Assembly (NCBI GenBank): GCA_965223845.1 | Contig: CBDCXR010000004.1 | Span: 5,632,001-5,696,000 of the forward strand | DNA: 64,000 nt | Source: Planctomycetota bacterium | GTDB taxonomy: Bacteria; Planctomycetota; UBA8108; SXIK01 | Direction: 5' to 3' | In this document: piece after piece, positions 20,080 to 30,500 of the stretch | Layout of the letters: every line of letters begins with the position of its first letter | Position numbering within the stretch: position 1 is the stretch's first letter | Position numbers and translations under genes: made by a program | The notes under the pieces: model-generated | The model's input: the letters and a program-made list of their open reading frames with translations, nothing else | The model's database searches: none | What the model was told of the DNA's origin: nothing

Positions 20080-23000
20080 TTACCCTCGCGTCACCGCCTC
20101 GTCGAGGTTGAAGACGACCCGCGCGACCGTGACCCAAGCAGCGGCTTCGATCGCGCGCCCGGCGGCGACGCCAGCCTCGAGCCCTGCAAACGTACGGGCG
20201 GCTTCCGCGTCGCGCCGGAAGCTTGCGCGCGCCTCTTCGTAGAGCTCGAGGAGAGCGCCGCGTTCCACGTCGTCTGGCTCGCGAGAGACGACGCTCATAA
20301 AAAGCATTCGTGCGCGGTCGCTCGCGCTCTCGTCGGGTGTCGCCGCGATGCGCCGGCCGAGCGCCTGCGCGCCTTCGAAAAGGACGGGGTCGTTGAGCAG
20401 AGTGAGCGCCTGAAGCGGCGTGTTCGAGCGACGACGACGCAGGCAAGTCGTATTCGAGTCCGGTGCGTCGAACGTCGAGAGCATCGGGAAGGGAACGGTC
20501 CGCTGAAAAAAGATGTAGAGACCGCGCCGGTACCGATCGCCTCCGCTCGCGACGTCCCATTTGACGGAGTTCGCGTAGCCGAGCTCGCGCACTCCCTCCG
20601 GAAGCGGTGGACGCACGCTCGGCCCGCCGATCTTGCGCACGAGGAGATCGCTCGAGCCGAGGAAAAGATCGCGTACGGTCTCGGCCGCGAGGCGAAACCG
20701 GTTCTGCCGCGCGAGGAGTCGATTGCGCGGATCGATCGACTCGAGCTCCGGTCGGACGTTCGACGCTTGACGATACGTCGCCGAGCAAACGATGAGTCGA
20801 ATGAGCTCCTTCCGACTCCATCCGAGCCGGCGGTACTCGTTCGCGAGCCAATCAAGAAGCGCCGGGTGCGTGGGTGTTTCGCCCCGCGTGCCGAAATCTT
20901 CGGGCGTTCTCACGAGTCCCTCGCCGAAGAGATGCTGCCAGACTCGATTCGCAGCGACGCGGGCCGTGAGCGGATTGGCGGGATCGAAGAGCCAATGGAC
21001 GAGGTCGATGCGATCGGGGCTGCTCGCCCGGGGCGAAAACGCGTGGAGAACCTCCGGCGTTCCCGGACCGACTTCCGCGCCCGGCCGAAGAAAGTCCCCG
21101 CGCGCGAGGATGCGCGTCGTTCGACGCGGAGTTCGTTCGCGCACCGTTCGGGCGATCGTCTTCGGCGCAGCCGGCTCGAGCTTTCGGTGCGCATTCAGTG
21201 CTGCCTGGCGCTCGCGCACCGCAGGATCGAGATCGCGATAGAAGCCCCGGATGCGGTTCGCGTCGGACTCGCCTCTCTCTTCGCGCGCGACGCGTGCAAT
21301 GCGGAGGATGTCATCGGGAATCGAGTCCGCGCGACCGTTCTGCGGCGCCGCGCTGAGATCGACGCGAAAGCGACCGATCGTGTGCTGCGAGCCGTGAACC
21401 TGTTTCAATCTGAGCCGTACACGCGCGCCGGGTGAGAGCTCGACCGGCTCGGCGAGCTCGAACGTCGCCGAATGACGCCGTCCGTAATGGGGAGCGATGC
21501 CCCAGCCCGTTTCGGGTTTGCCGTCGATCGTCGCCGTCACCGGCCAACGATTCTGCGAGTGCTCCGCGCTCGCGGCGGCGAGCTTGATCGGTTTCGCCTT
21601 CGCCGCGTCGCCGTCTGCGATCTCGAGCTCGACCTCGGAGAGAACGAAGTTCCCGTGCTCCGTGCGACCGGGACCCTTGGCGCCGAGACTCTCGTGCGGC
21701 AGCGCGTGCACGCGAAGCGCGTGAAGCGCGCGCAAGTCTGCCTTCCCTTCAAGAAGATATGTATCGCTCTCCGGTCGCTCCCCGCTCGCGAGGATCGAGC
21801 CGTCGTCCAGAGTCGCGAGCGTCGCTCCTTCCGTCGAGCTCGCGACGGTCACTTCGAGTGGCGTCCACGAGACGAGGTCGGCGAGCGTTCCCTCCCATTC
21901 GCGCTGTCGCGCGGCGAGACCGTCTCGGTCGACCGACGCCACCGCGGCGACAAGTTTCGCGTCCTCGAGATCGAACGACGCTTTAGCCGCTCGGTACGCT
22001 TTTGCCTCTTCCTCGAGGGCCGCCGGCGTGGTCGTCTCATCGATCGAATTGAAGAAGGCGAAGAGACGATAATACTCGTGCTGCGTGATCGGATCGTACT
22101 TGTGGGAGTGGCACTGCGCGCAGCCGAAGGTGAGACCGAGCCACACGCTCGCCGTCGTATTGGCGCGGTCGACCGTCGCCTTCACGCGAAACTCCTCCTG
22201 GTCCGTTCCGCCCTCGGTGTTCGTCAGCGTGTTGCGATGGAATCCGGTCGCGACGAGTTGCTCCGTCGTCGCCCCAGGGAGAAGATCTCCGGCGAGTTGC
22301 TCGAGGGAGAATCGATCGAACGGAAGGTCCTCGTTGATCGCTCGAATCACCCAGTTCCGGTAGCGCCACGCGAACGGCCGGGGTCGATCCTTCTCGTAGC
22401 CGTCGCTGTCGGCGTAGCGCGCGAGATCGAGCCAGTGCCGCCCCCAGTGCTCGCCGAAGTGCGGTGATTCGAGCAAGCGATCGACCGCCCGCTCATAGGC
22501 ACCGGCGGCGCGATCGGCGAGAAACGACGCGACCTCCGCCGGCGACGGCGGGAGGCCCGTCAGGTCGAGGGAAAGACGACGCAACAGCGTCGTTCGGTCC
22601 GCCTCGGGAGAAGGTTCGATCGCTCGCCGCTCGAGCTGCGCGAGGACGAACGCGTCGATCGAGTTTCGAATCCACTCCGCTCGTTTCACCCGGGGTGGCG
22701 ATGGGTCGGCGATCGGCTGGAACGCCCAGTGGTCGCTCGTCTGCGCGATGGTGACGCCAGCCGGCCACTCGAGTCCGCCGTCGATCCACCGGCGGAGAAC
22801 TTCGATCTCGCGCGTTGTGAGGCGTTCGCCTTCGGGCGGCATGACGAGCTCCGGATCGGAGCCACTCACGAGCTCGACCAGCCGACTCTCCCCGCTCGAG
22901 CCGGGGACCGCTGCCGCTCCACCGTCGCCGCCGCGGAGCACCGCCGCCCGCGAGTCGAGCCGAAGTCCGCCCTTCGCCTTGCCGCCACCGTGACAACCGA

Positions 23001-23190
23001 TACACCGCTTCGCGATGATCGGAAGCACGTCGCGCGCGAACTCGACCGCACGCGGTGAGCTCGCCTTCGAGACATTTTCGTCGCCGAAAGCGACTCCGAC
23101 CGCACTCAGAGCGAGCGCGAACGCAAAGGCGGGCGGGAACGACGAACGGGGCTTAGGCCCCGCGCGGAGCCCGATTCGGATCGAGAGCAT
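20080..23190 (-). CDS. Planctomycete cytochrome c + DUF1549/DUF1553 (PSD1) protein
   Basis: Signal peptide, CIGCH, HWAFQP, LRRLSLDLTGLPP, WLDLARYADSDG, CAQCHSHKYDP, TPTHPALLDWLA, TPLQAL. Confidence 0.93.
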   Translation of the reverse strand: MLSIRIGLRAGPKPRSSFPPAFAFALALSAVGVAFGDENVSKASSPRAVEFARDVLPIIAKRCIGCHGGGKAKGGLRLDSRAAVLRGGDGGAAAVPGSSGESRLVELVSGSDPELVMPPEGERLTTREIEVLRRWIDGGLEWPAGVTIAQTSDHWAFQPIADPSPPRVKRAEWIRNSIDAFVLAQLERRAIEPSPEADRTTLLRRLSLDLTGLPPSPAEVASFLADRAAGAYERAVDRLLESPHFGEHWGRHWLDLARYADSDGYEKDRPRPFAWRYRNWVIRAINEDLPFDRFSLEQLAGDLLPGATTEQLVATGFHRNTLTNTEGGTDQEEFRVKATVDRANTTASVWLGLTFGCAQCHSHKYDPITQHEYYRLFAFFNSIDETTTPAALEEEAKAYRAAKASFDLEDAKLVAAVASVDRDGLAARQREWEGTLADLVSWTPLEVTVASSTEGATLATLDDGSILASGERPESDTYLLEGKADLRALHALRVHALPHESLGAKGPGRTEHGNFVLSEVELEIADGDAAKAKPIKLAAASAEHSQNRWPVTATIDGKPETGWGIAPHYGRRHSATFELAEPVELSPGARVRLRLKQVHGSQHTIGRFRVDLSAAPQNGRADSIPDDILRIARVAREERGESDANRIRGFYRDLDPAVRERQAALNAHRKLEPAAPKTIARTVRERTPRRTTRILARGDFLRPGAEVGPGTPEVLHAFSPRASSPDRIDLVHWLFDPANPLTARVAANRVWQHLFGEGLVRTPEDFGTRGETPTHPALLDWLANEYRRLGWSRKELIRLIVCSATYRQASNVRPELESIDPRNRLLARQNRFRLAAETVRDLFLGSSDLLVRKIGGPSVRPPLPEGVRELGYANSVKWDVASGGDRYRRGLYIFFQRTVPFPMLSTFDAPDSNTTCLRRRRSNTPLQALTLLNDPVLFEGAQALGRRIAATPDESASDRARMLFMSVVSREPDDVERGALLELYEEARASFRRDAEAARTFAGLEAGVAAGRAIEAAAWVTVARVVFNLDEAVTRG

Positions 23191-23337
23191 CGCGGCGATT
23201 CCTTCCGGTCCAGCCCGCTCCAAAAGCCGAAAGCGGGTACGATCGGGAAACGATCGTCACCATCATCGCGAATCTCCGCCGCTCGGGCAACGGAAGAGCT
23301 CGCGCACGGGCGCGCTCGTCCGGATGCCGTCCGATGT

Positions 23338-24333
23338 TCAGGTCGCGCGGTCGGCGGTGATCAGGTTGAGGATTCGCTCCTTGTCCCCGAGCGCGATGAG
23401 CGAATCGCCCTCGCGGATGTCCACCGCCGCACCGGGGGTGGTGAGGAGCTCGCCGTCTGCCCGTCGAATCGCGACGATGATGAGCCCGCGATCGCGGAGA
23501 TCGGTGTCCTGAAGTCGAGCCCCCGCGTAGGGCGAATCGGCCGTGATCTGAATCTCCGCGAGATCGAGCCCGGCGTCCTTTGTCGTAACGAGCTCCATGA
23601 ACTCCTGAACGTTCGGGTTGACGAGCCAGCGGGCCATTTTCGTCGCCGTACTGTGATAGAGATTCACGACCTGATCCGCCCCGGCGCGGAGCAGCTTCGC
23701 CTCGCCGTTCTCGTCCGAGGTGCGTGCGACGATGAGCAGTCGCTTCGAATCGCTCGAGAGATGGCGGACGGTGAGCACGACGTAGAGATTGTCTGAGTCG
23801 CTCCCGAGCGTCGCGACCACGCCGCGAGCCTTGTCCACCCCTGCGCTGAGAAGCACGCGATCCTCGGTGCAGTCACCGTGGATCACCGGCCATTTGCGAT
23901 CGCGACACTCTCTCCCAGCGGCCTCATCGACCTCGATCACGACGAACGGCATGTTCATCGCTTCGAGCTGCTCGCACACGATTTGACCCATACGCCCGAA
24001 GCCGCACACGATGAAGTGGTCTTCGAGCGAGCTCTTGATGTTCTCCATGCGCCGCGTCTCCAGCCAGTCGCGCACCACACCTTCGACGAGGAGCTTCCCG
24101 AGCTCCGCCATGCAGAAAACGAACGCTCCGATGCCGATCCCGAGGTAGATCGTGACGAAGACTTTTCCCGTCGTCGAGAGGGGCTGAACTTCTCCGTAGC
24201 CGACCGTGGTCAGAGTGATCACGGTCATGTACGCGCAGTCGACGAGGCTCCACCCTTCGACGATCCGAAAACCCAGGATGCCGACGATTGTGAGAAGCAA
24301 GAGGATCGCGGCGATTCGAGCGAGGTACGCCAT
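23338..24333 (-). CDS. Potassium channel protein with TrkA-N/TrkA-C (RCK) domains
   Basis: Selectivity filter TTVGYG, two TM helices, Rossmann motif IVCGFGRMG. Confidence 0.93.
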   Translation of the reverse strand: MAYLARIAAILLLLTIVGILGFRIVEGWSLVDCAYMTVITLTTVGYGEVQPLSTTGKVFVTIYLGIGIGAFVFCMAELGKLLVEGVVRDWLETRRMENIKSSLEDHFIVCGFGRMGQIVCEQLEAMNMPFVVIEVDEAAGRECRDRKWPVIHGDCTEDRVLLSAGVDKARGVVATLGSDSDNLYVVLTVRHLSSDSKRLLIVARTSDENGEAKLLRAGADQVVNLYHSTATKMARWLVNPNVQEFMELVTTKDAGLDLAEIQITADSPYAGARLQDTDLRDRGLIIVAIRRADGELLTTPGAAVDIREGDSLIALGDKERILNLITADRAT

Positions 24334-24645
24334 AAGAGCTGTTCTGACCGACTTCGGCTCTACTTAACGCCGGAAGTCTACCGCGTCACGCGTTCTCGCC
24401 TCTTCCGAAAAAAGCGACCTCGCGCGAGTCGTTCGCGCTCTCATCGTCGTCCGGTCGGAAGCGTGAACTTTCCTCTGCTCCTTTCCGGCCGGAAGGTACG
24501 ATAGTATATGGAGACGGCCGGTGACAGCCGGCGCCTTCGAGGGAGCGAGCGGTTCGACGTAGTCCCGCGCGGAGTTTCGACCGGGCGAGGGCGGGATCGG
24601 CTCGCGTCTTCGATTTCGACCTTCCCCCGAGTTCGGTGTCCCAGA

Positions 24646-24945
24646 ATGAGCGGCACGACCGAAGGACCCGCGGTCCTCGAATCCCCGGAGACCACCGCTG
24701 AGACGCGGCTCGATCGGGTGTGGAATGTCGTCGTCTGGAACGATCCGATCAACCTGATGAGCTACGTGACCTACGTGTTTCAGAAGCTCTTCGGCTACTC
24801 GCTCGAGAAGGCGACGCAGCACATGCTCGAGGTCCACCACCGCGGCCGGTCGGTCGTCGCGAGCGTCGAGCGGGAGAAGGCGGAGTTCTACGTCGGCCAG
24901 CTGCACGCCTACGGCCTCCAGGCGACCATGGAGAAGGTCTGCTGA
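24646..24945 (+). CDS. clpS: ATP-dependent Clp protease adaptor ClpS
   Basis: [23 protein letters not shown]...[12 protein letters not shown]...[11 protein letters not shown]. Confidence 0.93.
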   Translation: MSGTTEGPAVLESPETTAETRLDRVWNVVVWNDPINLMSYVTYVFQKLFGYSLEKATQHMLEVHHRGRSVVASVEREKAEFYVGQLHAYGLQATMEKVC

Positions 24946-25475
24946 TGCTGCGCGCGCAGAAGCTCGACGACGGCGACTACGAGGTCCATCTTCCGCCCCA
25001 GGCGCTCGAGCTCTTGTGGCATCTTCCGCGTCGATTGCGGAATCTTCTCGAGAGCCCCGACTTCGAGGATCGCGTCGTTCGACGACTCTTCCCGGTCGCC
25101 TACGACGACGAGGAGAAGGAAAGCGAGTACCGCGAGCTTCTCGGCGACGACCTGCGCCAACGAAAGCTCGCCGCGATCGATGTCTTCGAGGAGATCTTGC
25201 GGTCGGGAGAGATCCACCGGCGCGAGGCGCATCTCTCGATCCCGGCCGAACGATTCGATTCGGTCCTCGGGTTCATCAATGACATGAGGCTGCTCCTCGG
25301 CGTCGAGCTCGACATCACCGACGACAACTGGCAGTTCGAGATCTCGCCGGACCATCCCCGAGCGGAAGAGATGCTCCTTCTCGACTTCCTCGGCTTCCTC
25401 CAGCACAGCCTTCTCGAGGCGACGGGGATGGCCGACCTCGAGGGGATCGATCTCGCTCCTCCTCCCGAGGCCTAA
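24945..25475 (+). CDS. DUF2017-like protein coupled to clpS
   Basis: TGATG overlap with clpS. RRLFPVAY, INDMRLLLG and FLGFLQHSLLEA motifs are typical of the clpS-adjacent family. Confidence 0.8.
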   Translation: MLRAQKLDDGDYEVHLPPQALELLWHLPRRLRNLLESPDFEDRVVRRLFPVAYDDEEKESEYRELLGDDLRQRKLAAIDVFEEILRSGEIHRREAHLSIPAERFDSVLGFINDMRLLLGVELDITDDNWQFEISPDHPRAEEMLLLDFLGFLQHSLLEATGMADLEGIDLAPPPEA

Positions 25476-26010
25476 GGGCCGGATCGCGCCACGGTCGAGC
25501 GTTCGGGCTCGGACTGGGCTCAGTCGGTCGCCTCGCAGTCGGTGCGTACGCGTGAATCGGCGATTCACGCTCGACCACCGAAATGAGCTGCCTCGTGCGG
25601 CGGCAATCGTTGTGCGCGCTCGATCGGGTGGATCTTCTGCGCGGAGAGCTTCGGCGGGTGCGACGGTCGCGAGAACCGGAGTCGGCGCCGGCGGCGCCGG
25701 TGCGTAGACCGTCGGTGAATCTCTCGCCGGATGCGCGAAACGAGAATAGCCGAGGATCACGAGCCGGTGCACCCAGCGTCCGTTTCCTTCGCAGTTCGAT
25801 CGGACGGAAAGCTACGCAACTCGTCCGCGAGCAGTCGCACATGCTGCCGAAACTCCCCCTTAGCGCATTCGTCGAACGGGTCAGAAAGGGGTCGCGGAAC
25901 TCTGCGGTAAGAAGCGGCGACGCCCGCCGCCGCACCATTCTCAAATGGACTAGACGCTCGCCGATCGACCTCGATCCTCAGAAAACGAATCAGGTGAGAA
26001 TTTCTTCTTC

Positions 26011-27129
26011 TTGACTTCGGCGGGTCAAGGAAGCGTGGGCCATCTCGCCCGAGTCGCCGAGCGAGCACTGAGGCAGATCACCGACGCACTCCCCGGGGTC
26101 GCAGGCAAGAACTGTTATGGCAAGTTCGCTTGCCTTGCGTTTCGCGACTACGAGACGTACTACGAGTACATCTCGTATTTCTGTCCCGAGGGCGAGTTCG
26201 GCGCTTCCGGCGGTGCCTATCTTGCGCAGGGATACTCCCACTTTGTCCTCAATCACGCAGAACACTCTTCGTTGGAGTTCGTGTTGGTTCATGAGCTCAC
26301 CCACGCCTGTCTCTCCGATTGCCCTCTCCCGCTGTGGCTCGAGGAAGGAGTCACTCAAATCATGGAGGAGGCGATCTTCGGTCACTCGGACTTCGCGATG
26401 AACCGCGAGGAGCTCGCTCGGCACCAGAGTTACTGGGCCGAGAATGGGCTGCGCTGCTTCTGGTCGGGTCGGAGCTTCCAGCGTCCCGACGACGGGATGG
26501 AACTGAGTTACGTGCTAGCGCAAGTCCTGACGCGGAATCTCCTTTCGCGAGGACGAGAGACGTTTCTGCGACTCTTGACGGCTGCGGAGCCCTTGGATTG
26601 TGGGGACAGCGCGACGAGAGAGATCTACGGGTTCGGTCTCGGTGACTTGGCGACTCACTTCCTTGGCGAAGGCGATTGGGGCTGGACGCCTGTGAACGCT
26701 GCCGACTTTTACTCCCGAGCCGTACTGCACCTGACCCGTCGCAAGTACGCGGAGGCGACTCAATACTTCGAGGCGGCTCTCCATGACGGGGAGGATCCAG
26801 AACACTTGAACGCGTTCGCTTGGCTTCTGTGCACCTGTCCCCAAGACAACGTCCGCGATGGCAGTCGAGCAGTTGCGCTTGCGACTCGTGCGTGCGAGCT
26901 GACCCACTGGAGATCCGAAGCAATTCTAGACACGCTCGGCGCTGCCTACGCTGAAGTTCGTGACTTCGCGCGCGCGGTGAAGTGGGCTCGTGCTGCGGTC
27001 GACCTGGCGGCGGACGAACACCAGCAGGGAGACGAAGCTCGGCTGAGGTTGTACGAAGCGGGCGAGCCGTACCGAGAAGACCCTGGGACAACCGGCGATG
27101 CTTCTACTGTCTCGCACGCGAGTCAGTAA
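26011..27129 (+). CDS. HExxH zincin-like metallopeptidase with C-terminal TPRs; possibly 5'-truncated
   Basis: LVHELTHA...PLWLEEG. TPR motif LNAFAWLLCTCP...RDGSRAVALATRAC...LDTLGAAYAE. Start is a poor TTG with no RBS. Confidence 0.75.
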   Translation: MTSAGQGSVGHLARVAERALRQITDALPGVAGKNCYGKFACLAFRDYETYYEYISYFCPEGEFGASGGAYLAQGYSHFVLNHAEHSSLEFVLVHELTHACLSDCPLPLWLEEGVTQIMEEAIFGHSDFAMNREELARHQSYWAENGLRCFWSGRSFQRPDDGMELSYVLAQVLTRNLLSRGRETFLRLLTAAEPLDCGDSATREIYGFGLGDLATHFLGEGDWGWTPVNAADFYSRAVLHLTRRKYAEATQYFEAALHDGEDPEHLNAFAWLLCTCPQDNVRDGSRAVALATRACELTHWRSEAILDTLGAAYAEVRDFARAVKWARAAVDLAADEHQQGDEARLRLYEAGEPYREDPGTTGDASTVSHASQ

Positions 27130-27538
27130 AAAGCTCGGCATCTACTTCGCACGCGCCCAGGCCGCGACCTCGCCCGGCTCGGATTCGGCCGCCCGGCCGC
27201 CGAGCCGCCGGAAGAGCGGGCAAAAGTGTCATCCGAGCGGTAATTTGGGTGGAGGCTGCTAAGGCAGGTTTACGCTCGCGCTCCCGCGCGACACCGCGCC
27301 CGCCCCGCAAGCCATTTCCAATTCATGGCTTAGGTCGTCTCGACACGTCTCCGTCACGCGCGGCGAGCGGCTTGCGCAGAAGCAGTCGGCCGAATGAATC
27401 TTCGTCGAGCTCCCGCGACGATCCCCTCGCATCGCCAGCGTCTCCCGCTCGCACCACCGCCCCGCGAGGCACGGAGATTCGCCTTATCTTCGTCTACTTG
27501 TTCATTACTAAACCGTAATACTGAGCAACTCGCGCTCG

Positions 27539-30500
27539 ATGCCCTCCGACGATCCCCACCGCCTCGCTCCCGCCGGATTCGGCCCGCGGTACGAAACCAT
27601 TCGTACCCTCGGCCGCGGCGGAGCGGGGACGGTCTATCTCGTCCGCGACGCCTACCTCGAGCAGGAGATCGCGCTCAAGATCCTCGACACGCCCGAGACG
27701 CGAGATGCCGTCGAGGAAACGCAGCGGGAATTCACGCTTCTCGCTCAGATCGACCACCCCGCGATCGCGCGCGCCTACGACTTCGGCTACTTCGGCGATC
27801 GACCGTACTTTACGAGCGAGTACATTCGCGGGGCGCTTCCCGATGCGCCGATCGGCGAGTCCGATGCGCTCGCGCGCATCGGACTCGACATCGCCGAAGC
27901 GCTCGAGTTTCTTCATGCGCACCGGATCCTTCACCTCGACGTCAAGCCGAGCAACATCGCGATCCGGCGCGACCCACCGTCGCACGCGGTGCTTCTCGAC
28001 TTCGGCTTATGGCGGAAAGCCGGTCCCCCGGCGACCGGCCGCCTGCGCGGCTCGCTCCCGTTCATGGCGCCCGAGTACTTCAGCGGGGGCGAGCTCGGAC
28101 CGTGGACGGATGCGTACGCGCTCGGCGTGACTCTCTATCGACTCGCGACGGGCCGGTTTCCGCGCCCGGGCGCCGCCGGCGCGCAGCTCTCGTCCGCAGA
28201 GGACGTCCCCCATCCTTCCGACGAACGTGCGTGGTTTCCCGCGCCCGTTCCTCCGTCGCAAGTGGTCCGTGGTCTCTCGTCCGATTTCGATCGTGTGATC
28301 CTCGAATGCCTGGCGCTCGACCCGGCCGCCCGCGCGATCTCGCCGCGGGATCGGCTCGCGACACTCACGAGACGCGGTTCGTGGAGCCGTCGACTCACGC
28401 GCCCGCACGCCATGCACGAGACGGTCGGGCGAGCCGCTGAGCTCGACCTGATCGATGAGTTTCTGAACGACGACGAGGCGCCCGCCCTCGTCGTGACGGG
28501 ATCGCCGGGTGCAGGCGTGAGTCACGTCCTCCGCGAAGCCAAGCGTCGCGCACAGATCGCCGGCCGAAGCTCGTACCTCGAGCGTGCGGAGGCGCTCGAC
28601 GCGCGACCCGGCAGCGTGCTGCGATGCCTGGCGGCGCATCTCGGCGAAGATGCGGACGCTCGTCGCCGCTGGCGAGAGTTCAGCGATCGACTCCAGCGCC
28701 CGCGAAAGGCTCGCCACCACGGACAGCGAGATAGCACCGCGGACGCCGAACGACGTCTGCGGCGAGTGAGCGAACTCTCCCTCGCGCTGGGCGCGCTCTC
28801 GAATCCGCTCGTCCTTCTCGTCGACGATCTTCACGCATTCGATGAAATCTCCGTTGGACTGATCGCCGATACGCTCCGCGCGATCGCCGCATTCGAAGCT
28901 GACCGTCGACCACCGATTCGAATCGCGGTGGGCTACCGCGAAGAGGGGTCCTCGGTGAGTTTGCTCCGCGAGATCTCGCAACTGGTCGAAGGCGAGAGCC
29001 TCGGCAGGACCTTGACCGTCCTCCCGCTTTCGGCGACCGATACGAACCGTCTCTTCACCGCGGCGGCGCGAGATCTCGGCGAGGAGGCGCCCACGACGAC
29101 GAAGAGCGCGATCGCACGCTACGAAGAGACTCGCGGTCTCCCGGCCCGCATCATCGAGGCGGCGCGGGTGGTCGGACGCGACGCGAAGCAGCGATCGCGG
29201 CGAGAAGAGAAAGAGCCGCCGATCCTTCCCGACGACGAAGGCTCGCTGGCCGTTCTCCGCATCCTTCAGCTTCTGCGCACTCCAGCCTCGGCAAAGGAGA
29301 TTGCGGGCGTGCTCGATCGCCCGCGCCCGCAGATCGAGCGCGATCTCGCGCGGCTCGCCGAGCGTCATCTCGTCCGTGGCGAGGACGACGACCTCCGCCG
29401 TGGGACTCGCTGGCGCGCGCTCGACGGCCTTGCACCAGTCTCGAGCGGAGCGACGAAGACCGAAGAGAGGCGTACGCACCGTGCCGTCGGCCGTATGCTC
29501 GTCACGCGCGCGAAAACGGGAGACGAAGCGGCGATCGTCGAAGCGGCCGGACACTTCGTCCGCGCGGGAGACCGCACCGCCGTGGCCGAGATCGGGGCGG
29601 AGGCGGCTCGTTATTTGACATCGACGTTTCAGAATTGCGCCGCACGCGACATGCTCGCGCGCGTTCTCAAGGCACTCCCTACTCGCGCTCGCGCGCGACG
29701 TGTCGAGGTCGCCCTCGAGATGGCCGATCTCTATTCGCGCACCGGCGACCTCGAGCGCGGGATCGATCTTCTCCGCTCGATCCTCGCGGGCACGCCCGCC
29801 CCGAGCGGCTCGACACGACTCCGCGTCCTCCTCAGCCTCGCGGTCCTCTACGGCCGGCGCGGCGAGTTCAAGCACGCCTCCGCACTCTTCGGCGAGGTGA
29901 TCCCGCGCGACGTCGAATCGGTCCGCGGACTCGAGCGCGAGGAGCTCATTCATTTCGTGAACGAGTACGCCGCGATGAAAGGGTTCACCGGCGACTACGA
30001 GGGCGCGATCGCGCTCTGCGAAAGCGCGATGAAGCTCGCCGGACGAAGCCGCTCGACGGCGATCCGCGACGCCGTCCTCAATCTCTACGCCACGCGAGCC
30101 GCGGTCGCGGTGCGCACGTACGACTATTCCGGAGCGAGCCACCACTTCGAGAGTGCCCTTCAGATCGCCGAGGCGATCGGCTCCGTCACGAACCGCGCGG
30201 TGATCCTCAACAATCTCGGTATCGTCTACAACCAATGCGATCGCTACGCCGATGCGATCCGAGCGTTTCGGGAAGCTGAGCGCACCTGCGTCCAGCTCGA
30301 CGAGGGCCCTTCGCTCGTCTCGATCCAGTGCAACCTCGCGATCCTCTACGCCAAACGCGGCGAGTTCGCCGCCCAAGAGCGTGCGATCGCCGAGGCCGAG
30401 CGCCTCCATCCCGCGGCGGTCGGACAGAGACAGGCTTTCTTCTTCGATCACGCTCGCGGATTGTGCTCCCTCTACCGCGGACGCTTCGCCGAGGCGCGGG

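Noticed and set aside
25951-25953. TAG read-through (pyrrolysine) extending the zincin gene
   Set aside because: The upstream frame does not look coding and has another TAG at 25861.
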